A DNA stretch of 63,414 nucleotides, counting the filler, from Sphacelaria rigidula (lineage: Eukaryota), in the NCBI GenBank assembly GCA_964200075.2. It is 8 parts of 8 records of this genome, joined end to end, with 100 filler letters (N's around TTAATTAATTAA, not from the genome) between each part and the next. Parts side by side here need not be neighbours in the genome. Positions count along the whole stretch, not along the records: positions 47,639 to 55,476 come from CAXNAA020013293.1; positions 55,577 to 63,414 come from CAXNAA020013294.1; 6 more parts are not named here. One strand, given 5' to 3'. Below, piece by piece: positions 51,285 to 62,985 of this stretch (the stretch's first letter is position 1; the number at the start of each line of letters is the position of its first letter). The notes beneath the pieces are model-generated. The model was not told where the DNA came from. It searched no databases and saw nothing but the letters and a program-made list of their open reading frames with translations. Position numbers and translations under genes: made by a program.

Positions 51285-54200
51285 TTCCACATATGTACCT
51301 TGATGATGCGGTGTGCCACGATTGCACACCAATCGAACACGTCGGACAATCGGCATCACTCTTTGGTCGGTTTGAACAACACAACTTAAAACTCGCCCCG
51401 TCTAAATCCCGCATTGATTGGCGCCACGAAGATTGAGTTCCTGGGTCACTGCATCACCTCCGAAGGTCGTAGTCCAAACCTCAACAAGGTTGCCGCACTC
51501 GCCGATATGCCCATGCCACGGGACATTTCTCAGCTGCGCTCCTGGTTGGGAGGCTTGAGTTACTACGGGCAATACTTGCCGAACCTAGCCCAAACGCCTA
51601 AACCCCTCACCACCCTCCTCAAGAAACAGGTGAAATTTGTGTTTGCATGGGAGACGGGAAAAGCCGCCCGCCGTCTTCTTGATACCCTTTCGCACCGGCC
51701 GATTTTCGTCTTCCCCGACTGCTCGGCCGCGGAACATGCTTTCCGATTTTTCCGTCTCCACACAGATTCTTCCAAAATTGGTTTTGGCTGCACTTTAAAA
51801 CAGGAGCAAGACGATCCTACTGTTCGTCCCATTGTATAGCTGAGTCGAACCCCTTTTCCAAATGAACAAAACTGGTCTGTCATGGAACAAGAGCCGGCGC
51901 AGTTGTTTGGGGCGTGCGACGTCTGCATCAGTATTTGCATGGCACCCTGTTTGTGATTTACACTGATCATAAGTCTTTGAAAAGCCTCGCCAAAATGGCA
52001 GAACACAACGCTAGGGTACAACGCTGGTTCGAAATCCTGTCGTCTTACAACTTCCAGTTGAAATATCGCACAGGCCCGCAAAATACAAACTCCGACTTCC
52101 TGTCACGCTTGCCCACACCGGCTCAACCTATCGATGAATCCCCCGTGGGACGTATCATCGATCCCACCGAGGGCATTGTATGTTTCATTAGCAGGAATGG
52201 ACATAGAGGTCTCTACACACCACTTTCACTGAGGAAAACGCCGTCTTTTAGCATGGGTGGGTTGACGACCACAGCCCAAGCGTCAGTGCTGGGCAGTATG
52301 TAACCTCGATCGTTGTACTCAGTTTGAAATTAACTGCCTACAAATACTGTTGGCGATGATCATTTTCGTGCTACTGGCCAACGCATGGTTTTTGCAGCAG
52401 GTGTAGAACCGTCCTTTACTGACTCCGTCTCACCAGTTCAAGTTCGAGATTTGATTTCGAGCAGGGCTCATGGACGGCGGATCGCCGACACGGCCACCAA
52501 ATTAGCCGTATCTGGTCCTGACCTTCCCCTCCCTGCCCCCACCTCGGTCCCCGATAGTTTCCTTGCGCCTCCGCAATCTCCACGGCGCAAGGCCCCCAGA
52601 AAATCGACCCCGACCGTGACTTCCTTGCCAACCATAGCCGAAACCACGGCTGTGCCCCCCTCCTTTGGTGGTTATGGTAACAACACCACGACAACACCCA
52701 CCACGCTAATCGACGCAGGAGTAGACGTTAACGTTCCGCCTGAAAATACACCACCTGGTAGGCTCACCCTTGATTTCGACGTCACCGCTTCGTGTCACCT
52801 CCACCCTGAGCCGACCCAATGTAAAGTAGACGCTTCAACAGATGGCATATTTAAGGAGCGTTTGACTCTCTTCTCCCATGCCGATTGGGCCCGGAAACAA
52901 CAGGCGGAACCTGCTTGTAGATTAGCTATCCATCATCTATCCAAAGGTTACCCATGTCCATTCTCAGAAACCGAATCCCTTTTTCCCTTCGGGAACCCCA
53001 AAGCCCCTACACAGGATAAAATAACTGAACTTTCGCGGGAAGGTATGCTGCATACGAATGATAATGGTGCAGTTTCTTTAGTTCGCCAGGCCACAGCGGC
53101 CCTCCCCAGGGGGAAACCTACAAGTCGACATGCCCGCTTGCTAGGTGATGAACCCATCCGGAATTATGTCCCGATGCTCCTGCGTCCATGGGTTCTACAC
53201 CACTACCATTCACAGGCGTCGACTCATTTGAGCGTCATTAGGACCTCCCAGATGCTTTATCGTTTTCATTGGTGGCTTTGTATGGATCAGTGCGCTCGCT
53301 GGTGGGTTTGGCGTTATCTCTTGTGCCAAGCGCGCAAGACTTCACGTCAAACAGTTCGTTGGCCGATTGTTTCCATGCCACTCCCAAACGGGCCCTGTGA
53401 AGTAGTTTCGTGGGACTATTTTGGTCCTTTGTCCCTGACAGAGAGGGATGAATTTAGTCGACATCCAGTGATACACGCTGTCCCTGCCAGTAGCTATAAC
53501 GCAAAAGGTACCGCCAACATTCTTGTACACACGTACACCCCACGGTGGGGTGTGCCCAAACGATTACTGTTCGATAACGGCCCGCATTTTTAAGGTAAAC
53601 TTTCGGCCGCAGTCAGTGACGTTTTGGGTGCCCCTCGCATTTTTACTAGTTCGTATCACCCTTCCACCAATGGTGGAACGGAACGAGTAAACCATACGAT
53701 GGCACAGATGCTTGCTGCCGTGGCGAATGAGAGACAGATGAACTGGGATCTGCATCTGCCCCTTGTTCAAGTGAACTATGACAATTCAGTCAATGCCGCT
53801 GCGGAATTGGCGCCGAATGAAACCCATATTGGTCGTATGCCTGGGTTACCTTTGACGGTGTTCGAACGCAAAAACGCAGGCGGACATCAGAGCCTGGATC
53901 GTGATGTTGTAGAGTATCATTTGTCGGTCAGCAATCGTCTTCGTCTTGCACATGAAATATTACGAGAACAGAACCAAATCATGGCCAAGGTGGCCAGGGC
54001 AAACTCGGTGTTGGATGATGTGATACATAACCTCCCGGTGTGGAAGGTAGGCCAATGGGCATGGATATATAACGATGTGAAGACCATCAATCAAGGGGCT
54101 AGCTCAAAAACATCCTCGTTGGACAAAGTGCTGAAAGTGAAGCTTTCCTTGAATTGGACTGATCCTTGGGAAATATTGGCTGTTGGTCCAAGCGCTACCG

Positions 54201-55041
54201 CACCCGACAAGAGCCCGGTGGGAGAGAAACTTTTGTATTTAGGTTTTCGTACTCATGAACCTGGCTGAAAAGCGAAAATTGCGTCTCAATACTACGATAC
54301 AAACCGTGTATTCCCCTTCATGACTCCTCTGGCATGCCCAAAGAACTGCCGTTGGGGCTCAGCCAGTATGTTGTGTTGACCAAATATGCGATCAAAACTC
54401 CGCCATATCACATGACGGTCGAGGATGCGGACGCACCCCTGGAACGTGTTGCGGTAGATCGGAGTTCGGGCCACCGACTGGTCCGCGGCCGGGGTGGTAA
54501 GACAGTGGTAATGTATCAAACATATTGGAAAGGTATAATACGTGTTACATGAAAGCGTGAAGGTGACTTTCGTCACTTTCATCGGGACATATTGCTGTAC
54601 TAGGTAGGAGATGCCGTCCAAAACCATAACTTGAATCAAAGATATAGGTCGATGCGCAAGGAAGCTGCCGCTCGGAAACTTGCACGTGAGCACTCAGCGC
54701 GGTTTGTCGTAGCAGGATATAGCCTTCTTTCGCGTTCACAATACATGCAGTCTTTTCACGGGCAACGTTTGCCGAAGAGGGCGCATTTTTGGCATAAGGT
54801 TTTGGATTCACTGTGGTGGTTGGGTAAGATTCATTTGGTCGATCCTGCATCTGACAACTCCTGCTTTATCGGTTTCTTCGATGACCCGAGCCCCCTTAAG
54901 ATTCGCCTGGATGATGCCTATTACATCGAGGTGCCGACCCTTCGCCAGGGATCCTGGTGCCTCCAACGAAACGACCAAAGCGATCTCAACACAGGCACTC
55001 TACGCAACACGGACAACGCTTGGGATGCAGAAGACTTATGA
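51285..55041 (+). mobile_element. Degenerate Ty3/gypsy pol: RT C-half, RNase H, long Pro/Thr-rich spacer, integrase, GPY/F, chromodomain and PWWP/Tudor-like tail
   Basis: YLDD at 51296-51307, KIEFLGHCI, LRSWLGGLSYY, FRLHTDSSKIGFGCTLKQ, FVIYTDHKSL, RVQRWFEILSSYNF, H..H..CQARK zinc finger, SWDYFGP, LFDNGPHF, SSYHPSTNGGTERVNHTM and LNWTDPW. There are many stops and frameshifts. Confidence 0.92.
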
Positions 55042-55476
55042 TGCCGCATCCGAGTCTGCGTCCCCACTCACCTTGCGTAGTGTGCCACATTCGATTGGCT
55101 TGTCTTGCGCTATAGCGTCGTTGAAAACTCACGTGTTCCCCCCCCTCCCTCCATTTTTTCCCGTACTGCTGTAGTCTCCGTTCCTTTAGTGGTTGTATTT
55201 TGCACTGGACCTTGTGTTTGTTTGTTTGTTTGTTTTGCTTTGGACCTTCTCCTTGTGCCTTGTTTTTGATGTTGTGTCGTTTGGTGTTGCTTTGTTTTCT
55301 CTTCCTGTCTTTTTTTTTGTTTCGTGTTTTTTTTCGTGTTTGATAAATGTTTTTTGGTTATTTCTGAGTCATGTGTCGGAGTATTCCGTGACGACCGCTG
55401 ACACTTTCTACGATAACCCCCCCAAAAAAACAGCTAAAAGTGTCACGAAAAAAATAGCCATACAGCGCCTGATGTT

Positions 55477-55576
55477 NNNNNNNNNNNNNNNNNNNNNNNN
55501 NNNNNNNNNNNNNNNNNNNNTTAATTAATTAANNNNNNNNNNNNNNNNNNNNNNNNNNNNNNNNNNNNNNNNNNNN
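55477..55576. other. Artificial contig spacer
   Basis: N/TTAATTAATTAA/N, 100 bp. Confidence 0.97.
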
Positions 55577-55645
55577 CACCTTTTCGGCAGGGATGATGCG
55601 AAGCAGTTACACAGAGCGAAACCATACTTCCCCGCAAGAGTCTAC

Positions 55646-55896
55646 GACACTTTCTCCGATAGCCCCCCCCCCAAAACCAGCCAAAAGTGTCATGAAAAAA
55701 ATGAGCATACAGCGCCTGATGCTTGGGTTCAGGCTGCATGAAGCGCCTCATATTGGCAATACTGGCTAGAACAAACCCAGTCGTGAGAATTCCCAGCTGC
55801 TCGTTGTGCTCGGCTTTTCCCATTTCGATTTGCGTCAAAATTTCGCCTCCCCAAACCATGCACTTTTGGGGGGGGGGGGCTATCGTAGAAAGTGTC
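55646..55896. mobile_element. Complete ~250-bp MITE with TIR GACACTTTCT(A/C)CGATAGCCCCCCCC
   Basis: Left end GACACTTTCTCCGATAGCCCC, right end GGGGCTATCGTAGAAAGTGTC. Homologous copies lie at 23425 and 55400. Confidence 0.82.
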
Positions 55897-56744
55897 CTGC
55901 AGTAGTGAAACAGTTGTGGCTAGCTGCACCGAACGAGTGCGGTGTACACGCGTGTCGATGATGATATCACCGGAGAAAGAAGCAACGACAGAGAGGAAGC
56001 TCCTCGCCCGTGGCCTTTGTGTGTCCTCGCTCGGCGATTACCAATCGCTCGAGAGACTGGCATCATGCATGTTACCAGCACGTACCCAATTTCTCATGTG
56101 CCGGTAGGCATGTTATTGTATTGCTGCGCATAGCCCCCCAAAGAACATCGAGGTGCGGAGGGATGTCGTCTCTTCTTGTCTGTGGAGCTCACCAATGCGA
56201 AGATCGATTTCTCTCTGCCTCTCTTTTTGGACAGGACACGCCTCTTTGCGCTGAAAAACAGGGCAAATGTTCTCGTCCCCGCTACTGTTTTCTGTCACAC
56301 ACATGCCAGCAACAACGGTGCTGCTCCGGCAATAACAGATCCAATTTGAGCTTGGGATGTGTCATTCGTCTTCGATTTGACCCGACATGTGACCATCTGG
56401 GTGCCCGACCACAAGAGCGTGCGACACGGCAGTTGGGGGAGTGTATGAGACATCAAACACCTTTGGAGATCTTCTTGACATGCGGAGTGAAAAACGATAC
56501 CGATGATGATGACCTAACTGTTGCTAGCGTGGTGCACAGGGGTGTGTCCATGCTGCAATCTGGAGCACACACTGGGATTATTTCCGGTGTGAGGAGGTCA
56601 TGCATTACAAGCTGGGGCAAGATATGACCCCACAAGGAACAAGAGTGCTCTATGATTAACCACTTGTCGTTGCATTTGACACCCACGCCATCAACCGCCG
56701 ACCGCAAAGGTCTTGTGGCTTTCAAGAAACGCTGGCGGCAGGAC

Positions 56745-56984
56745 GGGATTCCGTGGCCCGTGGCAAAGGATAGATAGTTTTATCTTTCGTATCATTGGAG
56801 AGTGCCTAGACTGAGTCGACCCTATGACAGAGGGATCAGATGTTGCGTGGGCCCAGGTGGTAGCGTGGTTGCCAGCCCGGGCGTGGTACTGTAGTCACAC
56901 ACACTCGACTACGAGTACCCGCACGTCCACATTAATCTATCCGCACATGTGCATGTTCACTCAGTATACCTATTCACATGAATA
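56745..56984 (-). repeat. 3' LTR of the copia element
   Basis: About 87 percent identical (manual count) to 62747-62985. Terminal dinucleotides are mutated. Preceded on the minus strand by a short purine tract, AGAGGAGG. Confidence 0.9.
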
Positions 56985-57297
56985 CCTCCTCTGAACCGAG
57001 AGATCAGTCGACGTGGCTTTTTCTCTAAAAGCAAAAACGTTTCAAGGGGGAAACCCGGCCATCCGGGCAAAAAACAACTCCCCTCAACAGCTTGTGCTCC
57101 ATCTAGATAATCCATGGACGCCGGTCAAGGCAGGTACACGACATGTCAGGAAACGCCCTACAAAACCCATGCCCCTCAAAGTAGCGTGGGTGGCTTGATC
57201 CAAAATTAGCATAAATGCATCACTTGAAAATCTAAAAATACCCGGCAAGAGCACAATGGTACACACAAAAAACATACCTACTTGTCACCTTCCAAGT

Positions 57298-58873
57298 TCA
57301 TAAAAAACGTCTGTGCCTCGTAAACAGGCTGATCGAGAGAGGCTTTGTCAAAATATCTGCATGCTGCCGTCCTGAGCCTACATGTACAACCCTGACCTTT
57401 CCCACCCCCACCAGCTCTCGAATGAAGTGATATCTCACGTCTATGTGCTTACTCCTTTCGGAACTGAGAGGATTCTCGGCCAGAGCTTTTGCTTCGTCGT
57501 TGTCCTCGTACAAAATAATACCTTGGTCCTCCCCGCATTCCGACACAGTCTGCGGTCGCATGAACGTCAACACTGCCTTCACAAACAATCCCTCCTTTGC
57601 CCCGTCGGCCATTGCAACATACTCTGCCTCCGTAGTTGACAGAGTTACGCAGTGTTGCGCGCGGCTCGTTGCCGACACTACCGCACCACCGTACATCACG
57701 GCTACCCCTGATACCGAACGCCTATCCGTTTCCTTCTTAGCGCGATCTGCATTGCAGTAGACTGAGAGCTTATCATGACCTTTCTTGAACGTAAGTCCAA
57801 ACTCCTTCGTCTCATTGAGATACTTCAGAACTTTCATCACAGCTTCCCAGTACCTCTCGCATGGGTCATGCGACTGGCGAGCAAGCGCTCGTACCGAATT
57901 CGCGATGTCGGGTCTGGTGACTATTGCCAGCCACATCAACCCCACCACTGCGTTACGGTAAGGGCGATTCACCTTTTTGTCTTCGCCCGTTGTCGGCCCC
58001 AACTTTACAGAAACAGAGGCAGGGGTTTCCTTGTACCCCCTCACCTCAAAACGCTTCAGGAGCGTGTCCGTGAACGTGGTTTGCGCCACAGACGGCGTGC
58101 CTCTATCCCAGTCTCTATCCACTGAGCATCCCATGTACCAGGTGACCTCTCCGAGATTGTTCGTGGAGAACTTTGTGTTGAGGATTTAGCCCATCTTTCC
58201 TACGTATTCCTCAGAACCACTGACAAGGATGTCGTTCACATGGATAACTAAAATCACACGTACATCTTTTTTTGACGGTTTAAGAGACAACCAACTAGAC
58301 TACTGACAAGTCAGCGCTGACTGGTCAGTAGTCTAGTTGGTAGTCTCTCAAACCCTCACAGTCTCCTACATCCTCCATCTTGAAAACACGTGGGTCAGCC
58401 TCACACTGCACCATCCCGACATCCTCCAGCAAAGTTTATCACAGAAGACGAGACCATTGCCTGCCCGCTTGCTTGATCCCGTAAATAGATTTTTCAAGCT
58501 TCATGGTCACGTCTGTCTAAACGGAGCATCCTTCGGGCAACCTCATGTACACTTCAGTATCCATTTCTGCTTGAACAAAATCCTGTGTCATATCAAAATG
58601 GTACAGCAGGCACTCTTCCTGAACCGCCACTGCCATGACCAGTTTGATGGAGGCCATAGAGGGCGTTGCCGCGAAAGTCTCGAAATAGTCGACTGCAAAA
58701 TGCTGTCCAAAACCTTGCGCTACCAACCTTGCCTTTGCCTTCGTTACAGTACCATTTGCGTCGGTCTTCCAACGAAAAACCCACTTCGCTGAAATCACGT
58801 TTTTTGCTGCTTCCGGTACAAGGCCAGTCGGAAATGTTCCAGCCTTTTCGTGACCTCCTAGCTCGGCCTGCAT
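57298..58873 (-). pseudogene. Copia reverse transcriptase / RNase H, disrupted
   Basis: ORFs 58517-58873 and 57298-58134 carry the RT and RNase H motifs. The catalytic motif reads HVND, and the region is interrupted by the insertion at 58267-58366. Confidence 0.9.
58267..58366 (-). mobile_element. 100-bp A-tailed palindromic insertion with 6-bp TSD (TACATC) inside the copia RT
   Basis: Near-perfect palindrome 58273-58358 centred on AGCGCT. TACATC at 58261-58266 and 58367-58372. T7 at the left edge. Confidence 0.8.
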
Positions 58874-59511
58874 CGCGCCTAATCATGCCTCTCGAAATTC
58901 TGACTTGGCAATGTCATCCATACTGGTTGGTCCTGCCTTTATTTCGCTTACGTGTAGGCCAACCGGTGAACGCAAACCGAATTCAGGCTGCCCTACCCTC
59001 TTTTCCTCAGCAACAAAACGAAAAAACTCGTTTTCAGCTAACTCGTGTTGAGTGCAAGCGATTGCGTCTTGTCCGGCCACCTGTGCTGCTGCTGCGGTAA
59101 TCATCTCCATGGTTGAGCATTTGTCCTCCGCCATTCTCGCCAGCGCCATCTCCGCTTCCTTTTTGTTCTCCTCTGCTCCGCTAGCCACCAGCGTTTCACA
59201 TCGTGCGTGTGCCGACCCCATGGCCTCGCGCGTTTGGCTCCTCGTACGCCCCGCCCTTGGTGTTTGTAACCGGTCAGCCCCCGCAAGACGGTGTTGCTCG
59301 GTCCTCGGGAGTTGAGGAGCGTCGCCGCCCCCCCCGCCATCTTGCGTGGGACCCGTGGAAGAGGGTGACAGTGCGGGCGACGAGGCAGTGTCCGATGCCG
59401 ATGTGAGCGTCAGCGTAGGTGTCGACGTCGGCGTAGGTGTCGATTTCTGCGCTGGTGTCTGCGTTGGCGTAGGTATCGGCGTCTGCGCTGATGTTGGCGT
59501 TGATGATGATA

Positions 59512-59547
<36 letters not shown>

Positions 59548-61154
59548 GTGATTCCGGCTTCACCTAACCCCCTCCGTTGACAAAATCTGGAACGGGGGTC
59601 TCTGGTATCACCCAGCCTCCCCCCCCCCCCTCGCGGAGACGGTGAGGGCACTTCGCCCCCTCCACCGCCCCTCCCACCAACGGAACTCGGCGGGGAGGAC
59701 GGCGCGCTTGAGGAACCGCTGGACGCAGTGTCCACTGTCGAGCTTTCCGTCCTGTCTTCACTCACACCCTGGCCTTGATCGACGCTGAAATCCTTCAGCT
59801 CGCTCGGCGTCTGGATCGCTTTCTGTAGTGTGCCGGGGGGGGAAAGCGGACGTACGTGCCCATGTTACGTGTCTTGTTACGGAGATAGTTCCTCTTACAG
59901 TTAGAACTCGCATCACGTCACGTGGGTAGCCTGGGACTAGGCTCAAGTACCAGCATTATTTGGCCTTCGATTGTAATTTATTTGTCCGCTTCCTCCTACA
60001 AAAACCAGGCTTCAAGAACGGAATGAGATCACCTTCCGGTGGCGATCCATACCACATCTTATGCGGTGATTTGTTGTGCGGGTTAGCCGAGGTAGCGGTA
60101 CAGTTCAGGGCGCGGCACGCCCAGTTTGCCTGTTCAGCCCACAGGCTGTCACCATTTGGGATGCGCTCATCTGGGTACAGCTCAGACGCTTGGATTCTGG
60201 CCGCAAGGCCTGCTGTTTCGATTATACCTAACGCTCGCTCTGCAACACCGTTGAACTGGGGTGACTCGGCAGTTGTCTTCTCCTGCTTGATCTTTTCCCT
60301 GCCGCACAGTTCACCAAATGCACCCTACGATAATTCACCCCCGTCATCGCTATGGACTATCTCAATTTTTCTCGGAGAGACCCATGCAATGTATTTCGCG
60401 AAGTATCTCTCTGCCTCATCCTTCTTCCGGAGGAAATACAGCTTTGTGTGCCGTGAGTGATCATCTTGGACTATCATCGTGTACGACTTTCCCCCGTAAG
60501 ACTTGACTGGTTTCGGCCCGGAAAGATCTACAAACACCCTGGACGCTGACTTAGCTGCTCTCGTGTGCGTCGATCTTGGAATCGGTGCCCGCAGTCCCTT
60601 CGCCTCCGAGCAGCCGCGGCAGGGCTGCAGCTCCCCAACCAGCTGCTTTCCCTGCTGCTTCGCCGTCTTCCTCAGTAAATCCTCGTGAATGTGGGAGTGG
60701 GAAAAGTGAAATTCGTTTATGTCAGCGGTCTAGGGGCTGGGTGGAGCCCCCGGGGCAATAACAGCATATTATGCCGAAGCACACTTGTCACTACCACTTT
60801 GGTCGAGGCGGCGGGCGTACATTTTGAGTTGACGTGGTTGTCCGGGTATGTTCAGTATATTGCCTGAAATGAGATCTACCCTGAAACCTGTACGAAAACC
60901 AGTGTAGGTGTGTCCCATGTGTTTGTTGGACCCTCGTGAGTGACAAGAGGTGATGACGGACACCAGGTATATGGTCAACATCCACTACTTTGAGGATTAC
61001 ATCCTGTCCGTCAGATCTGAAGGCAAGAGATGAATTTCCTCTGCCTACGATCGGGTAAGTACTACCTCCCGCGCACCGTAGTACCCTACCCTTGCACTCT
61101 CTGTACTCCGTCATCCCATAGGAATCGTAGGGAAAATGCTGGGTAGCCCCCGTG

Positions 61155-62730
61155 TCAATATACCCATGGTTCGCCCTCACCCTGCTGACTATCACCCCCC
61201 CGCTCAACACTCAATGCATACTCGCCTGTGTCGCCGTTGATGGTGGTGTCGAGAGAGGTGAAAGCCTCCCCATCCGCTACCGAACAGACGGAGGAGCTGT
61301 CGCTGTCGTCGGCCGCACCCATCGCCATCACTGCGTCTTCTTTCTTCGCTGTCAATCTCGGACAGTCCCAGAACGTGTGCCCCTGCTGACCGCACCTCCC
61401 GCAGTACCTCTTCGGGCAGTTCCTGGCTCGATGCGTCGTGTTCTCGTCGCAAAGCTGGCAGCGGAGCGGCTGCCAAGTCGCCGGTTTGCCGTCCGACGAT
61501 GCCGACCCAGAGCTACTTGAACTCTGGCTCCCGCCGTTTTTCTGACCAGATCCCTGGGGTTTTTCCGGTTTTCCCTTGCGGTGCGCACCGCTCGGTTTTC
61601 CGGTCCCACCCCTGGCAAGGAGAGCCTGGTCGCCCGGGGATGACTTCTCTCCCCGGGCAAGTTCCTGCTTCAAAGATGTTGATTCGAAGCGCTTTCGGAT
61701 CGAAGTCAACACAACCTCCCGTGTCAGCGGCCCCTCTCGATCCTCCAGCAGTTGCTTCTGGATGTGATACTCGAAGGGCAACGCGTTGAGGAATTTCAAG
61801 AGAATATGGTTTTCGCTTAGTCGTTCATGATCCTCGTATGAATTCAGGTAACGTACGATTTCTTCCATCTCAAGCAACTTCCGCTCTGGATCATCACGGA
61901 CACCAAACTTGACTCCATCGAACTTTTCCAACAAAGCGGTTCTCGCCCCATTTGTTTTGGGGCAAAAGACATCCTCGAGTTTTCTCCAAACCGCAGCAAG
62001 TGAGTGGATTCTAAGCAAAATATCTTGCTCCCTCCTTCCTTCAAAACTAGCTACAAGCATCCGTCTGGGCTGTTACGTTGGCTGCCACTGTGTCCTTCCC
62101 ATGTCTACCCTCCAGATACCCCATTTCTATTTCAGGATTACCGACATCTACATCGTGAGAACTATCGCCGACCATGGTGAACACCCAGCCAATTTCTTCA
62201 CCCCTTGCGAAGTTGACCAGTTCATGCCTGTACCTAGCATAATCAGCGCTCTTCCCTAAAAATTTTGGGACGCTCCGTCAAAAAACGAGAACCCCTGACA
62301 TATTCCTACTTGTATCGTTTATTTGGATTGACTCACGTGCGGGGACAAAGCCCCTAGCTTCCTTACTGGTGGCCTCGTTGTCCATTGCGTCGCGCCCTCC
62401 GTCCTCTGGAACAGCTTGGCTCCCGATGTACCGTCGCTCTCTTCAAACTCCAGCACCGCGTCGTTCCGCTGTTCTATTTATGTTGAATTCCCCCTGTTGA
62501 CTATGGGAACCTTCACTATCGAGGACGCCGTTGTTTTCTGCGCCCCCGGCCTCTCTTTCTGCCCTCATATTGTCCATGTTACTCTGTAATGTAGCTTGGC
62601 TTAGCTGCATATCACGCATGAGCTGAGCCATGAAAACCATCTGACTACTTACTTCCCGCAACTGCTCCATAACACCCTGCTTACTGATTTCTGTTGCGGG
62701 CCTACCACCCTGTTCTGCCATTCTGCCCAA
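61155..62730 (-). pseudogene. Copia gag, frameshifted, with two zinc knuckles
   Basis: WRKLEDVF...ARTALLEKF...KFLNALPFEYH capsid-type motifs; knuckles CQLCDENTTHRARNC and CGRCGQQGHTFWDC. Confidence 0.85.
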
Positions 62731-62746
62731 CTGGTTGTAACACTGG

Positions 62747-62985
62747 TGTATTCCGTGGCCCGTGGCGAAGTATAGATAGTTTTATCTTTTGTATTATTGG
62801 AGAGTGCCTAGACTGACTCGACCCTTTGACGAAGGGATCAGATGTTCAGTGGGCTCAGCAGGCAGCGTGGTACCTGCATGAGCTGGGTACTGTAGTCACA
62901 CACACTCGACTACCAGTACCCGCACGTACGCATAAATCTATCCGCACATGTGCATGATCACTCAGTGTACCTGTTCACATGAACA
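62747..62985 (-). repeat. 5' LTR of the copia element (TG...CA intact, 239 bp)
   Basis: Minus strand starts TGTTCATGTG and ends CGGAATACA. It pairs with 56745-56984. Confidence 0.92.

Larger units (their letters stand above)
56745..62985 (-). mobile_element. Full-length but degenerate Ty1/copia LTR retrotransposon (~6.2 kb)
   Basis: Paired LTRs at 56745-56984 and 62747-62985. Minus-strand order: gag (two CCHC knuckles), protease YIDTGATQH, pre-integrase CRGCSEAK, integrase VFVDLSGP...DDHSR...SDDGGE, RT (KWVFRWKTD...KARLVAQGF; HVND), RNase H (RRSVSG, LSTTEAEYVA, RSKHIDVRYHFIRE). Multiple frameshifts and stops; no matching TSD. Confidence 0.95.

Noticed and set aside
59274..59765. ORFs with poly-Ile or poly-Asp tracts
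   Set aside because: They are alternative-frame readings of the (GAT)n microsatellite in the copia linker.
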